Origin: an uncultured Candidatus Saccharibacteria bacterium
Lineage (GTDB): Bacteria; Patescibacteriota; Minisyncoccia; Phycocordibacterales; SBAW01
Assembly (NCBI GenBank): GCA_964615415.1
Contig: CAZTNI010000003.1
Location: forward strand, 15,235-79,234
Length of the DNA: 64,000 bases
Reading direction: 5' to 3'
In this document: positions 18,918 through 28,802 of the stretch, one piece after another
How the letters are laid out: each line of letters starts with the position of its first letter
Numbering within the stretch: the first letter of the stretch is position 1
Program-made: the position numbers and the translations under genes
The notes under the pieces: model-generated
What the model saw: the letters and a program-made list of their open reading frames with translations, nothing else
Database searches by the model: none
What the model was told of the DNA's origin: nothing

Positions 18918-19835
18918 TTACGCTGGAAATATTGTCCTAAATGGATTTCTTTTATATCGAATTAAAGTACCTCGATCGTCTTTGAGTGTAGAAAACTTTA
19001 TAGCGTCCTGGCTAAATATCTTTAAAAATGGGAGTTTACTCCAGAGAGGATCTGGAATGTTGCGCAGTAAAGGATGTAATTTCCCTAATACTCGATATAT
19101 AAAAGCAAGCAATAGGTGGTTTTTTGGTGCAGATGCACGCATGACGCTGCGAGCAGCTTTAGCGTATTGCATAAATTCTGCTCTGCGAGCAGTGCTCATT
19201 GCGGCAGAACTCTTACGATAAGCTCCCACTATCGTATTAAGAAATACAAGTTTTCCGTTGTGTGGGAAAAAACGTCCACACCACAACCCGACATCAAACG
19301 CGTTTGGATACGCTTCATCAAATGATCCTCCGCTTCTCTCCCATAAAGAACGTCGGAAGAAAGCGGATTCCTGTTGAATATTTCCGGATTCATTTCCTAA
19401 ATATCCCCAATAATCTTTTCTGTAAGGAACGACATGGATAACCTTGCCGTCCCCGTCGATGGTAAGACCAATGCCCGCTACCCATTCCACATCTTGAAAT
19501 GTATTAAACACTTCTGCAATTGTAAAAAGACTCTTAGGCATTAATACATTTTTTGCATTAAGCCAGGTCATAATTTCACCTGTTGATTTTGAAAAGCCGT
19601 AATTGATTGCAGGAACAGGAGTTTTCCGATCTCCTGGAAGTTGTCCGCAGAAAGTAAGTCGATCTTTGTATTTTTGGATAATTTCCCAACTACCATCGGT
19701 CGAATTGTCGTCTATAACGATGTATTCAAGGTTGGGGTAACCTTGGTTAAGCACCGACTCAATAGTTTCAGCAATGTACTGCGCGCGGTTAAAACATTGC
19801 GTAACAATGGTTATTTTGGGGTATTGGTTCTCCAT
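18918..19835 (-). CDS. Glycosyltransferase family 2 (paralog of 14168-15079)
   Basis: [53 protein letters not shown]; similarity to the other GT2 extends over the whole length. Confidence 0.7.
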   Translation of the reverse strand: [305 protein letters not shown]

Positions 19836-20620
19836 AAGTAGAGGGGAATAGGTACAACGTAACTGTTTCTAAATACTTCAGCAACTTTAAAGTTAAAGTC
19901 TCGGTCGGCACCACGGCCCATAAACGACGGCCATTCTCGATCTGTGAGCTTTCTAAATTGTACCTTGTCTATCACTTCGCGTTTAAACAGAGGACTGTTG
20001 CCCGCTCCGGGGAACGGTGCAAGCGAACCGAAAAAGAATTTATTAATAACAGGTAGGCGTTTGTAGTGAAATGGAATGAGACGGTTCAGGGAAGGGGAAA
20101 TTTTTGCGACGAGCCCTTTTGTTTTTTGCGATAGTGTATAGAGTTCGTTTGGAGTGATGGTGGGTCCTGTTGGCGCGGTGTCGCCTATGGTATGTACGAG
20201 AGCGTCGTCATATTCTTGCCATGCGGTGAGGAGGTGTGTTGCATTAAGTTCCGTAAGTAATCGATACTGCGTCTCGATCCTGTTTAACAGTGACACGTCG
20301 TCTGCGTCTTGGAAGGTAATGAGTTCTCCTCGTGCAATGGCGAATCCTGCGTTCCTGGCAGAGTAGCCAGCATTTACATTCCGCTGCAGTTTGGAGTCAA
20401 AGCGCTCGGGGTCATCTGGTGCTTGTATAACTCGGATGCGCGGATCGCTCTCCTGTAATTGCTCTACAAGACGAGTAACGCTCTGGTCGGTACTGTTGTC
20501 GTCGACAACAATAATCTCCAGGTTTTTATATGTCTGTTTTTGAATAGATTCTATCGCTCGCGGCAGTGTCGCAAGTGCTTTGTGGGTTGGGATAATGACC
20601 GAGATTAGAGGTTCTTTCAT
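19811..20620 (-). CDS. Glycosyltransferase family 2
   Basis: [42 protein letters not shown]; a DxD region FQDADD. Confidence 0.7.
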   Translation of the reverse strand: [269 protein letters not shown]

Positions 20621-21777
20621 AGCTTTACTACATCATCTAAAAACGTGCTGTAAGCAGCGGTAAACGTTTCTTTGGTGTGGTGCGTACGGACCCACTGCCA
20701 CACTTCTTTTGCTTGCTGCTCCAGTTTTAGAGGATCTGTCGATGCAACCATTCGCGCCGTATTCATGATTGTTTCGATGGTGGGTGTGATGATATGTACT
20801 GGAGCATCTTCCGCAATTCCGGTCTCTGTAGTAACAAACGGAATAACGCCGGCGTGCATTGCCTGGATAACCGCGCCCGAGGTTCCCTCTGAGGCGGCTG
20901 GGTATATAAGTGTAGTGCATTGATTTGCGATAGAAAGAAACGTTGCATCTCCCACCATCATTTCACCTTCTTTTGTAAGCTGGGGGCGAGGGTAACGATG
21001 AATATTTGGTAGTGCAAGTTCCGTTGCGTACGCGCGGGCGAATTCTTCTTCAAATGCTGCCGGACCGATTATGTGAAGCGTATACTCTGGAAGTTGTGCA
21101 AATGCTTCGAGTATAAGATCTAGTCCTTTGAGTACTGCTCCTCCGCCTCCGAACCACAAAAAATGAGTTCGTGCTTTTGTAAAATCTTTTTCTGTAGGAA
21201 AGTCGAACTGTGTAGTGACGGAAATCGGGATAGGGAAAATAGGTTTTCCATACGCAGCATAGGTTGCGTGTACGGTTTTGTTGCCGAACCCAGCAAGAAA
21301 ATCTGCGTGGTGTGCGTTGTGTGTAGAAGGTTCCGTGCGACGCGAAGAAAGTGTAATTTTTCGGCGAGCATGCAAAGCGACAAGTCGACCCTGCTCTGCT
21401 TTGTTTTGAAATGTCGGGTCTGATGAAGTGATCTGTAAAATTTTTTTACATGTAGGAGGCAGTTGGGTGTGTAGTCGTTCCAAATTTTGCATCACGTCGA
21501 CACATGCTGCATATGGTTTCCGCGGAGTGAAGGTGGTATTTTTAGAGCTTATAACATCTACAGCGTAGCCCCGCTCAGTAAGTAGGCGAGCAATTTCCGT
21601 ACATTCCCAATAATTGCTATGCGGGTCGGTGAAAAATTCTCCAGGCGCTTGAGTAAAAGGACCTGTCATATAGGAAAGGAGAACATCGCCTTTCTTTTTC
21701 CCTTGATACGGGAGGTGCACAACACCAAACAATTTGTTTGATATTTTATTTTTGTATGCCCGTAGTGTATTACGCAT
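20617..21777 (-). CDS. Glycosyltransferase family 4 (GT-B fold)
   Basis: C-terminal GT1/GT4 region ...PAASEGTSGAVIQAMHAGVIPFVT. The start is moved to ATG 21777 to limit overlap with the asnB 3' end, and is uncertain. Confidence 0.55.
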   Translation of the reverse strand: MRNTLRAYKNKISNKLFGVVHLPYQGKKKGDVLLSYMTGPFTQAPGEFFTDPHSNYWECTEIARLLTERGYAVDVISSKNTTFTPRKPYAACVDVMQNLERLHTQLPPTCKKILQITSSDPTFQNKAEQGRLVALHARRKITLSSRRTEPSTHNAHHADFLAGFGNKTVHATYAAYGKPIFPIPISVTTQFDFPTEKDFTKARTHFLWFGGGGAVLKGLDLILEAFAQLPEYTLHIIGPAAFEEEFARAYATELALPNIHRYPRPQLTKEGEMMVGDATFLSIANQCTTLIYPAASEGTSGAVIQAMHAGVIPFVTTETGIAEDAPVHIITPTIETIMNTARMVASTDPLKLEQQAKEVWQWVRTHHTKETFTAAYSTFLDDVVKL

Positions 21778-23533
21778 GGGAGTGTTGTGAGAGCCAAATT
21801 TCAAGACAGAGCAATACCCATAGACGGTAATAGCCTTTTGCGTCTTGAGAGTTATACACGTCTTGTGTAAACCGTTGTAGTTCTTTTTCGCGCAGAAAAG
21901 CATACACCTGCGCTCCTTTGCCTAATTTTTTCTCTACGTAGGCACGCATCTGTGGTTCTTGGAGCCAGAGGCGTACCGGGGCGCCGAAGCCTTGTTTTTT
22001 ACGATGTACGAATTCTTTGGGCATAATCTCCTCCAAGATATCTTTAAGAATTATTTTGCCCGTAGAGTTCTTTACTTTGTATTCTTCTGGCAAATTAAAG
22101 ACATACTCTGCAAGTTTATAGTCGAGGAAGGGTGCGCGTACTTCAAGTCCGTGCATCATGCTTGTCTGGTCTGCTTTCGACAGGAGCTGTCCTGGTAAGT
22201 ATGTAGTAAGGTCGAAGTAGTTCATCTTTTGCATGCCGTTACCAGGGAAGTGTGCTGCCAGTTGGCCGATGTTGCCGTCTGTAGCGTGTGCGCGATCTAT
22301 AAACAGTTTTCGGCGCATTGAAAGAGGGAATACCGTTGCGTTGCGCAAATGTTCTTTGTATTGGTTCGAAAATAATATGTTTTTTAATCGTACAATTTTG
22401 CGCGTGTTGAAGTAGCTCCAGTACCATCCATAGCCTAAAAATAGCTCGTCTGCGCCATCGCCGGAGAGTGCTACTTTGACATGCTTTGCAGCCATCTCTG
22501 AAAGCATGTGCTGTGCGAAGTCGGAAGAGTCGGCATGTGGTTCGTCAAAGTAGGCGAGTGTCTTTTCGAGCTCGCCTATAAGGTCGCCGGTCACTTGGAG
22601 TGTGTGGTGGTCGGTGCCAATAGCATCTGAAGCTTGTTTTGCAAATGGAAGTTCGTTGATATATTCACCGTAGCCGACGGAAAAAGTTTTAAGCGGATGG
22701 GTAGAAATACGTTGTGCATACGCGGTAACAAGAGTAGAGTCGACACCGCCAGAAAGGAATGATCCGACCTCGACGTCGGCGATCATGCGCTTACGTATCG
22801 ATTCGCTAAACAGACGTTTGATCTCTTCTTTTGCCTCATCATAAGAAGGATGAATAGGAGAGTTAGGAAGATCCCAATAGCGGCGCGACGTAAGTGTGCC
22901 GTTTATCGCAACAGCGTAGTGTGCCGGCAAAATAACGTGTACGTTTTTGTAGACGCTGCGCCAGGGTGGCATGTACATAAGAGTAAGGTAGTCATTGATA
23001 GCGTTAAGGTCGAGTTCACCTTGCACTCCCATAGCTAAGAGAGCTTTAATTTCTGAAGCAATTAAAATATTTCCTGCTGCATCATGGGTCCAATAGAGCG
23101 GCTTTTTGCCAAAGCGATCGCGCGCTGCGTACATGAGTTGCTTTTCGTTATCCCATAGCGCGAACGCAAACATGCCGTCTAAGTGCTGCGCACAATCCTC
23201 CCCGTATTCTATATAGGCCTTAAGAATTACTTCTGTGTCTGATTGTGTGCGGAAGTGATGCCCTTTCTGCTCCATCTCCTTGCGGAGTTCTTTATAGTTA
23301 TAAATCTCGCCATTAAACACTACGGCAATGTCGCGCTCGGTGTCTTTCATTGGCTGCGTACCACCGGTAATGTCGATGATTGAAAGGCGAGTGTGTCCAA
23401 GGACACATGCTGCAAAACGCATGGTGCCGCTGCCATCCGGGCCACGATGAGAAAGAGCCCGGAGTCCTGCCTCAAGCGTAGGAGAAGACACGTCTGGGGC
23501 GCGCTTTCCGGTTATGGCAAATATGCCGCACAT
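21770..23533 (-). CDS. asnB: Asparagine synthetase (glutamine-hydrolysing) family amidotransferase
   Basis: Begins MCGIFAITGKR (Ntn Cys2 glutaminase). The synthetase domain has SGGVDST; 587 aa. Confidence 0.8.
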   Translation of the reverse strand: MCGIFAITGKRAPDVSSPTLEAGLRALSHRGPDGSGTMRFAACVLGHTRLSIIDITGGTQPMKDTERDIAVVFNGEIYNYKELRKEMEQKGHHFRTQSDTEVILKAYIEYGEDCAQHLDGMFAFALWDNEKQLMYAARDRFGKKPLYWTHDAAGNILIASEIKALLAMGVQGELDLNAINDYLTLMYMPPWRSVYKNVHVILPAHYAVAINGTLTSRRYWDLPNSPIHPSYDEAKEEIKRLFSESIRKRMIADVEVGSFLSGGVDSTLVTAYAQRISTHPLKTFSVGYGEYINELPFAKQASDAIGTDHHTLQVTGDLIGELEKTLAYFDEPHADSSDFAQHMLSEMAAKHVKVALSGDGADELFLGYGWYWSYFNTRKIVRLKNILFSNQYKEHLRNATVFPLSMRRKLFIDRAHATDGNIGQLAAHFPGNGMQKMNYFDLTTYLPGQLLSKADQTSMMHGLEVRAPFLDYKLAEYVFNLPEEYKVKNSTGKIILKDILEEIMPKEFVHRKKQGFGAPVRLWLQEPQMRAYVEKKLGKGAQVYAFLREKELQRFTQDVYNSQDAKGYYRLWVLLCLEIWLSQHSHA

Positions 23534-23545
23534 AATGCCTATATA

Positions 23546-24712
23546 TTATCGTTTCGAGAACGTTTCGACGAGTGCGCGAATCTCTTCTTTAGTTAGTTCC
23601 GGATTGTTTCCAAAGTAAAATCCAAGTTCGTGTATCGCGGTTGCGTTAGGGAGATCATAAGTACGAGTGTTGTGTTTTTTATGGAAAGGCTGTGCGGTCA
23701 TGTTGCCACCGACAATAGGACGTATTTCGATCCCTGCGTGATGTGCTTTGTGCATGTAATGAGTTTTTAACTCCTTTGTTTTAGCGATCAGAGGAAACGC
23801 AAAGTTAGACATCAAAGACATTTTATTCACCAAAGGGAAGAAGTCTTTGTTTTTATATATCTTCTCGAGTGCTTTATAATTTTTCTCTCTGGTTTTGATT
23901 GTCTTGGAAAGGTATTGCAATTGGTTCACACCCAAAAAACCCTGGATCTCCATAGGACGAAGGTTGTACCCCAAGTCATAAAAAGTGTATTTTGAATAAA
24001 AATCTTCAATACCGTGTTGTGTGCGCACCAGCACTTGTTCTTCGGTAGTGAGATGTCTGTCCCAGCCATGCGAGCGCACCATGCGCAATGCTCTGTTTAG
24101 TTCAGGATCGTCAGTACACACAGCTCCTCCTTCAATCGTAGACATATGATGTCCTACAAAGAAGGAAAACGTAGATGCAAAACCAAAGTTTCCCAATTTT
24201 TCGCCTTTATATTCTGAACCGAGTCCTTCGCAATTGTCTTCAATCAAAAAAATGCTGTTCTTTTTGCAGAAACTCTGAATAGCGCGCATGTCGTCTGCAA
24301 AACCAAGAAGGTTAGTAAGAAAAAGGCAGGAAAATTTTTCTTTTTTATACGCTTCTGCAAGTATTTTAGGTGAGACGTTAAGAGTTTTTTCGCTTACATC
24401 AAGTGGGATAGCCTGGAGACCAAGCTGTATGAGCGGCATAACGTTTGTAGACCAGGTGATGCCGGAAAACGCCACTTTCTGCCCCTTGGTGAGCCTCCCT
24501 GTGTTAATCAGTGCCTGTATAAGGGCTAGGTTTGCAGAGCTGCCGCTGTTGTACATGACCGTATAGGTCCTGCCTTGCCATTTTGAAAATTGTTTTTCAA
24601 ACAATGCGCAATAATCACCAATACTTAATTGCTTCGCTTTTCGGATAAAACTAATAAGCTCTCTCTTGGTGTGAGCCTCGTTAAAGAAGGTTGATTTAAT
24701 AAGTTTAATCAT
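23546..24712 (-). CDS. DegT/DnrJ/EryC1/StrS-family PLP-dependent sugar aminotransferase
   Basis: 388 aa. N-terminus ...FEKQFSKWQGRTYTVMYNSGSSANLALIQAL; a C-terminus typical of the DegT family. Confidence 0.8.
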   Translation of the reverse strand: MIKLIKSTFFNEAHTKRELISFIRKAKQLSIGDYCALFEKQFSKWQGRTYTVMYNSGSSANLALIQALINTGRLTKGQKVAFSGITWSTNVMPLIQLGLQAIPLDVSEKTLNVSPKILAEAYKKEKFSCLFLTNLLGFADDMRAIQSFCKKNSIFLIEDNCEGLGSEYKGEKLGNFGFASTFSFFVGHHMSTIEGGAVCTDDPELNRALRMVRSHGWDRHLTTEEQVLVRTQHGIEDFYSKYTFYDLGYNLRPMEIQGFLGVNQLQYLSKTIKTREKNYKALEKIYKNKDFFPLVNKMSLMSNFAFPLIAKTKELKTHYMHKAHHAGIEIRPIVGGNMTAQPFHKKHNTRTYDLPNATAIHELGFYFGNNPELTKEEIRALVETFSKR

Positions 24713-24715
24713 GTG

Positions 24716-25693
24716 TTAGGAAAATTTTGAAATGTCTGCTATCCAGGCGTTCAACAGAGTAAGCTCCTCTGGTGGCACAAACTTCTTCTCGACAAAGGCT
24801 GTATACACAGCGACCATCTGTTCTTTTGCAGACAGTCCCGGTTGTGCTGCTGCCGCTGCAGTTTGTACCATATCTTGCGCGTAAAGATAAATAGGCATCT
24901 CCGCCTCAAAATCTTTCAGATACTCATGAGGATTGCGCTCTTGTCGCACAAGAGGCGATGTAAAACCCAGTGTGTATCCTAGATTGTTGAGGATCGGCTG
25001 TGCGACAAAACTACGCATAATGTCGCTCACGCGAGGGTGTACAAACGCAGGTAAGTATAAGAGAGGAAATACCTCTTTTCTAAACGTAGTGCTTTGGCAA
25101 TTGAAGGGGCACCATGTGCCTGGTGCCAACGTAATAGGTTCTCGCTGTGAGAATGTAACCAGTTTATTTTTGGTGAGTCTAAATATGGCGTCAACGTCGG
25201 TGTCTTGGTCTGCTAAATGCTGCCACACTCCTACGCGTGTCTGTTCTGTTTTTTCGGTAGAGGCGTCCTCGGCTGTTACAAGCGGAAGGGGATACCCGCG
25301 AGGCCATATATCTGTAGCGCCAAAGTGGCGATACATATTAACGAACGGGCTGTTGCTTAGTTGCGTGTAGCTGCCATCAAACGCAGGAATAGCAAAGCGT
25401 GGGTAGGGAATATTATCGTCATCGATCTGAGTGATGCTGTCTGCTCCTTGGCGCATTGCTTCTAAAAAACCAACCATTGCACGTGCGGGAGTATTCCAAG
25501 GCAGATGTGTAATAAGAGCGTAGGGAAGCGATTCTTGCGTTGTTGGTCCGAAGTAGGTGGTCGAGGCAAGGTTCCAGTCTGCGGGTGTTTTTTTGTCGCC
25601 AATCACTATTCGATGCCACTCTGGTAGCGTTGCAAGTAGGGTAACTGCCTCGGTTGGAGGGTTGATGGTTGTGGTTATGAGAAATTTTTTCAT
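24716..25693 (-). CDS. Hypothetical protein, DUF288/STELLO-like putative glycosyltransferase
   Basis: N-terminal LITTTINPPTEA motif and a later DDDN (DXD) motif resemble STELLO/DUF288 nucleotide-sugar transferases. Tentative. Confidence 0.4.
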   Translation of the reverse strand: MKKFLITTTINPPTEAVTLLATLPEWHRIVIGDKKTPADWNLASTTYFGPTTQESLPYALITHLPWNTPARAMVGFLEAMRQGADSITQIDDDNIPYPRFAIPAFDGSYTQLSNSPFVNMYRHFGATDIWPRGYPLPLVTAEDASTEKTEQTRVGVWQHLADQDTDVDAIFRLTKNKLVTFSQREPITLAPGTWCPFNCQSTTFRKEVFPLLYLPAFVHPRVSDIMRSFVAQPILNNLGYTLGFTSPLVRQERNPHEYLKDFEAEMPIYLYAQDMVQTAAAAAQPGLSAKEQMVAVYTAFVEKKFVPPEELTLLNAWIADISKFS

Positions 25694-26640
25694 ACAGTGG
25701 ATGACTTTCCGATAAGGTAATGATTGCCGGGGTAGTGTGTGAGTGGTGCAGTCAGCCAGGTGTGCCCGGGGTTGCGGGCAGTGTATGCATTAAAATACAC
25801 GGTATTGTCTATTCCTCCAAAAACCTCTTGATAGCCAAACAAGAAATAGGTACTGCGGTGTGTGGTGCGTTCAAATATGGTGCGTAGATCGAGAGGGATT
25901 TCGCTGACTGACCACGTTGCAATCGTTATGTCTATTTTAGATTTTTGTAAAAATGTCTCGAGTGTAGAAATGTCTGATATAAGGACGACTGTTTGTTTTT
26001 CGTGTGTAGGAAGGTACGTTACTGATGGTGGAGTTGGAAGAGAGGTTAGAAAATATTCTTGCAGTGCAGAAAATTCAGGCAAATCGAATATGATGTATGT
26101 TCCAGAAAATCCTCTTTGATATGCGAGACGAGTCATGCTGCCGTATCCGCCGCCAAACTCAAAAATCGTGTCTATTTTTCGCAGGTCAATCTGATATGTG
26201 TCAATAAGTTGCGAGAGGTGGTATGCATGGTGCACAAGGTTGCCGCTACTAGTAGGAAGTTCTGGATACGGTAGTGCGCCACCGGTTCCAGTTTCAACCA
26301 GTGCTGCCTTCCATGCGTCTTTTGTAGACAGAGAAAGCAAATACTCAAGTTCAAGTGCGGGCGGAATAGTATTCATTGTCGAAATAATGTCGGGCCAGTA
26401 CAAGAAAGAACGCGGATCTTTTGTAAGGATGTTGTTGCGCATGGTGTGGAGCCTTCCTAACCATTTAGGACTTGTGTGTTCATCAAATGATGGGAGCGGA
26501 GGTAGAGCTATGATCCTACTACGGAGTGTGTCTATACGTGCCTGTTCCTCTTGCGTGGGCAAGGGCAGCGCAGGAGTGATTTCTTGTACGGTCTTCGGAC
26601 GGGCAATTATCTTCTGTTTCAGGCGAGAGAGTAAATACAT
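25690..26640 (-). CDS. Hypothetical protein, possible SAM-dependent methyltransferase
   Basis: Gly-rich motif FEFGGGYGSMTRLA followed by an acidic residue after a beta-strand (IIFDLPE). No firm family assignment. Confidence 0.35.
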   Translation of the reverse strand: MYLLSRLKQKIIARPKTVQEITPALPLPTQEEQARIDTLRSRIIALPPLPSFDEHTSPKWLGRLHTMRNNILTKDPRSFLYWPDIISTMNTIPPALELEYLLSLSTKDAWKAALVETGTGGALPYPELPTSSGNLVHHAYHLSQLIDTYQIDLRKIDTIFEFGGGYGSMTRLAYQRGFSGTYIIFDLPEFSALQEYFLTSLPTPPSVTYLPTHEKQTVVLISDISTLETFLQKSKIDITIATWSVSEIPLDLRTIFERTTHRSTYFLFGYQEVFGGIDNTVYFNAYTARNPGHTWLTAPLTHYPGNHYLIGKSSTV

Positions 26641-26643
26641 ATT

Positions 26644-27525
26644 TTAAAATTGTATCCAAGTCTTTGGCATCAAATCGGAAAGGTCCAGGTTTTTAGCGAA
26701 CCACTTTTTAGGAGCGATCGTGATACTTTTCCGTTCGTTGGGTCGAGACAGCCATGCACCCCACCACCCAAACGTGCTGTTGGAGAGTATGTGGTGTTTG
26801 CAGAGGCGCATCAGTTCTAAATCTTCGTAGTTCCGGTCTGCGCCTTGGCCAATAAACTCCGTTGGGTGTCCCGTTTGTACATTGGCTTTTGCCCATTCGA
26901 TATCATCAGAAAAAACAAAATATTGTGGCGATGATACGCGCTCGTTCATGTAGTTCATTGCGGAGTCGTAATACTCCGGAGGACAGGTGCCGTGGTATTT
27001 GCTTACGGAAGGGTTGTTTGCAAAATCGCCTCTACGGATATGGAGCGACACAGACTCAGGTGCGGCGGCAATCCTGTCGCTCGCACTTTTTGTAAAATCA
27101 CTCAGTGGAGTTTTGATTGCGAACTCGGTGTGGAGTGTTTCTGCAATGTCGGTAAAATACTTTTCTGTTTGCCAGTAGCCATCGAGATAGCATGGAGGAG
27201 TGGCAGCAGCAGCTTTTGCGTCGTATGTGTATGATCCTTCGCGCACGTACCGAGCGTCGTTTGCAAAAAGAATATTGTAGGGGATCCATGCTTTGCCTAG
27301 TCTGCGTCGACGCAATTTAAACGGCGCAAGTTGTTTCTTGGTTGCGTAGGATTCTTGTATAGAAAGATGATTGAGGCTGTAGGAGTGAAATTCGTACCCT
27401 GCAAAGTCGGTAATGTCTAACAAAAGGGGAGCGCCTGTTTTGTGTGCCACGGCACGACCCATTGCGTATTGAAACATTTGGTTCCCGAGACCTCCGATTA
27501 TTTTTACTATGATTGCGTTGGTCAT
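26644..27525 (-). CDS. GT11 alpha-1,2-fucosyltransferase
   Basis: N-terminus IVKIIGGLGNQMFQYAMGRAVA; HIRRGDF motif; 293 aa. Confidence 0.7.
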   Translation of the reverse strand: MTNAIIVKIIGGLGNQMFQYAMGRAVAHKTGAPLLLDITDFAGYEFHSYSLNHLSIQESYATKKQLAPFKLRRRRLGKAWIPYNILFANDARYVREGSYTYDAKAAAATPPCYLDGYWQTEKYFTDIAETLHTEFAIKTPLSDFTKSASDRIAAAPESVSLHIRRGDFANNPSVSKYHGTCPPEYYDSAMNYMNERVSSPQYFVFSDDIEWAKANVQTGHPTEFIGQGADRNYEDLELMRLCKHHILSNSTFGWWGAWLSRPNERKSITIAPKKWFAKNLDLSDLMPKTWIQF

Positions 27526-27531
27526 CGAGGT

Positions 27532-28800
27532 CTAGAGTGTCCGTGTCTCCCAGGTGCCATCAAGAGTTACTACGGCGCGTGCTTTATTTTTAGCAAAGTC
27601 TGCATCCTCAGTTGTAGGAATGATAGAAAACATCACCTCTTTTTGATCGAAAGCATACCCTGTAATTTCCAAATTCATTCGCAGCGTGTACAACCCGTGA
27701 GTAAGTTGGAATGCAGTGCTGGAGTTACATGCAAACGTTGTTTTGTAGGTTCCGGGAGATCGTTTGCGCAATAGTTCTGGATTATTTTCAGTATCTGCCG
27801 AAAGAAAGACGGAGGTGTTGTTATGGTCAAGACAAATAAGGCCAACGTGAGCACCCGCCACTTCTTCGTTTACGTCGTACTCTAAATCGACTGAAAATGA
27901 TTCGCCTGTGTGTATTTTTGCTGTTAGTTCTCCCTTTTCATTTCGGATCGAGACGCTCCGTAACTGCATTTTCTTTCCAGATTCTTTAGGGTAGGTAGTT
28001 ACCGGTTGAGCAGTTTCTAATGTTGAGGATAGATACTGTTCAACCACTTTTTCTGTACTATCAAACATAGCCACTTTTCCCTTTTTAAGAAACAGAGTTC
28101 GTTTGCAGAGTCCTTGAATTGCAGACATGTTGTGGCTCACGAACAAAATCGTGCGCCCTTCTGTGCGGGTTACTTCCTCCATTTTACCGAGGCACTTCTT
28201 TTGGAATTCGGCATCGCCTACAGCGAGCACTTCGTCCACAATCAAAATGTCTGGCTCCATGTGCGCGGCAACCGAAAAGGCGAGGCGTACGTACATGCCG
28301 CTCGAGTAATATTTAACCGGTGTGTCCAAAAATTGTGCGACACCAGCAAACTCAACAATCTCATCAAACTTCCGTGCAATTTCCTTCCGCGTCATGCCCA
28401 ATATTGCACCGTTAAGGAAAATATTTTCGCGACCAGTGAGTTCCGGATGGAAGCCAGTGCCCACTTCCAGAAGGGAAGAGACGCGGCCTCGCATAATAAC
28501 CTCGCCCTCGGTAGGTGGTGTAATACCGGTTAAAATTTTAAGTAGGGTAGATTTACCTGCGCCGTTGTGACCAATGATGCCGATCACCTCGCCTTTGTTA
28601 ACCGAGAAGGAGACATTTTTAACGGCCCAAAATTCTTCTTTTGTTGCAAGACCTACTGCGTGTTTTGCTTTTGCTTTAAGAAATGAGAATGGTTTTTTTA
28701 CGATGTAGGTAAGTACGTCACGCAGGGCAACGTAGCCGCCTTGTTGGTGGGTGATGTTGTATCGCTTGCCCAGGTTGTTTACTTCTACGATGGGTTGCAT
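27532..28800 (-). CDS. wzt: Polysaccharide ABC exporter ATP-binding protein (Wzt/TagH type) with a C-terminal beta-rich extension
   Basis: Walker A GHNGAGKST, signature YSSGMYVRLAF, Walker B ILIVDEVLAVGD. A ~170-aa C-terminal extension is typical of substrate-binding Wzt. Confidence 0.75.
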   Translation of the reverse strand: MQPIVEVNNLGKRYNITHQQGGYVALRDVLTYIVKKPFSFLKAKAKHAVGLATKEEFWAVKNVSFSVNKGEVIGIIGHNGAGKSTLLKILTGITPPTEGEVIMRGRVSSLLEVGTGFHPELTGRENIFLNGAILGMTRKEIARKFDEIVEFAGVAQFLDTPVKYYSSGMYVRLAFSVAAHMEPDILIVDEVLAVGDAEFQKKCLGKMEEVTRTEGRTILFVSHNMSAIQGLCKRTLFLKKGKVAMFDSTEKVVEQYLSSTLETAQPVTTYPKESGKKMQLRSVSIRNEKGELTAKIHTGESFSVDLEYDVNEEVAGAHVGLICLDHNNTSVFLSADTENNPELLRKRSPGTYKTTFACNSSTAFQLTHGLYTLRMNLEITGYAFDQKEVMFSIIPTTEDADFAKNKARAVVTLDGTWETRTL

Positions 28801-28802
28801 AA

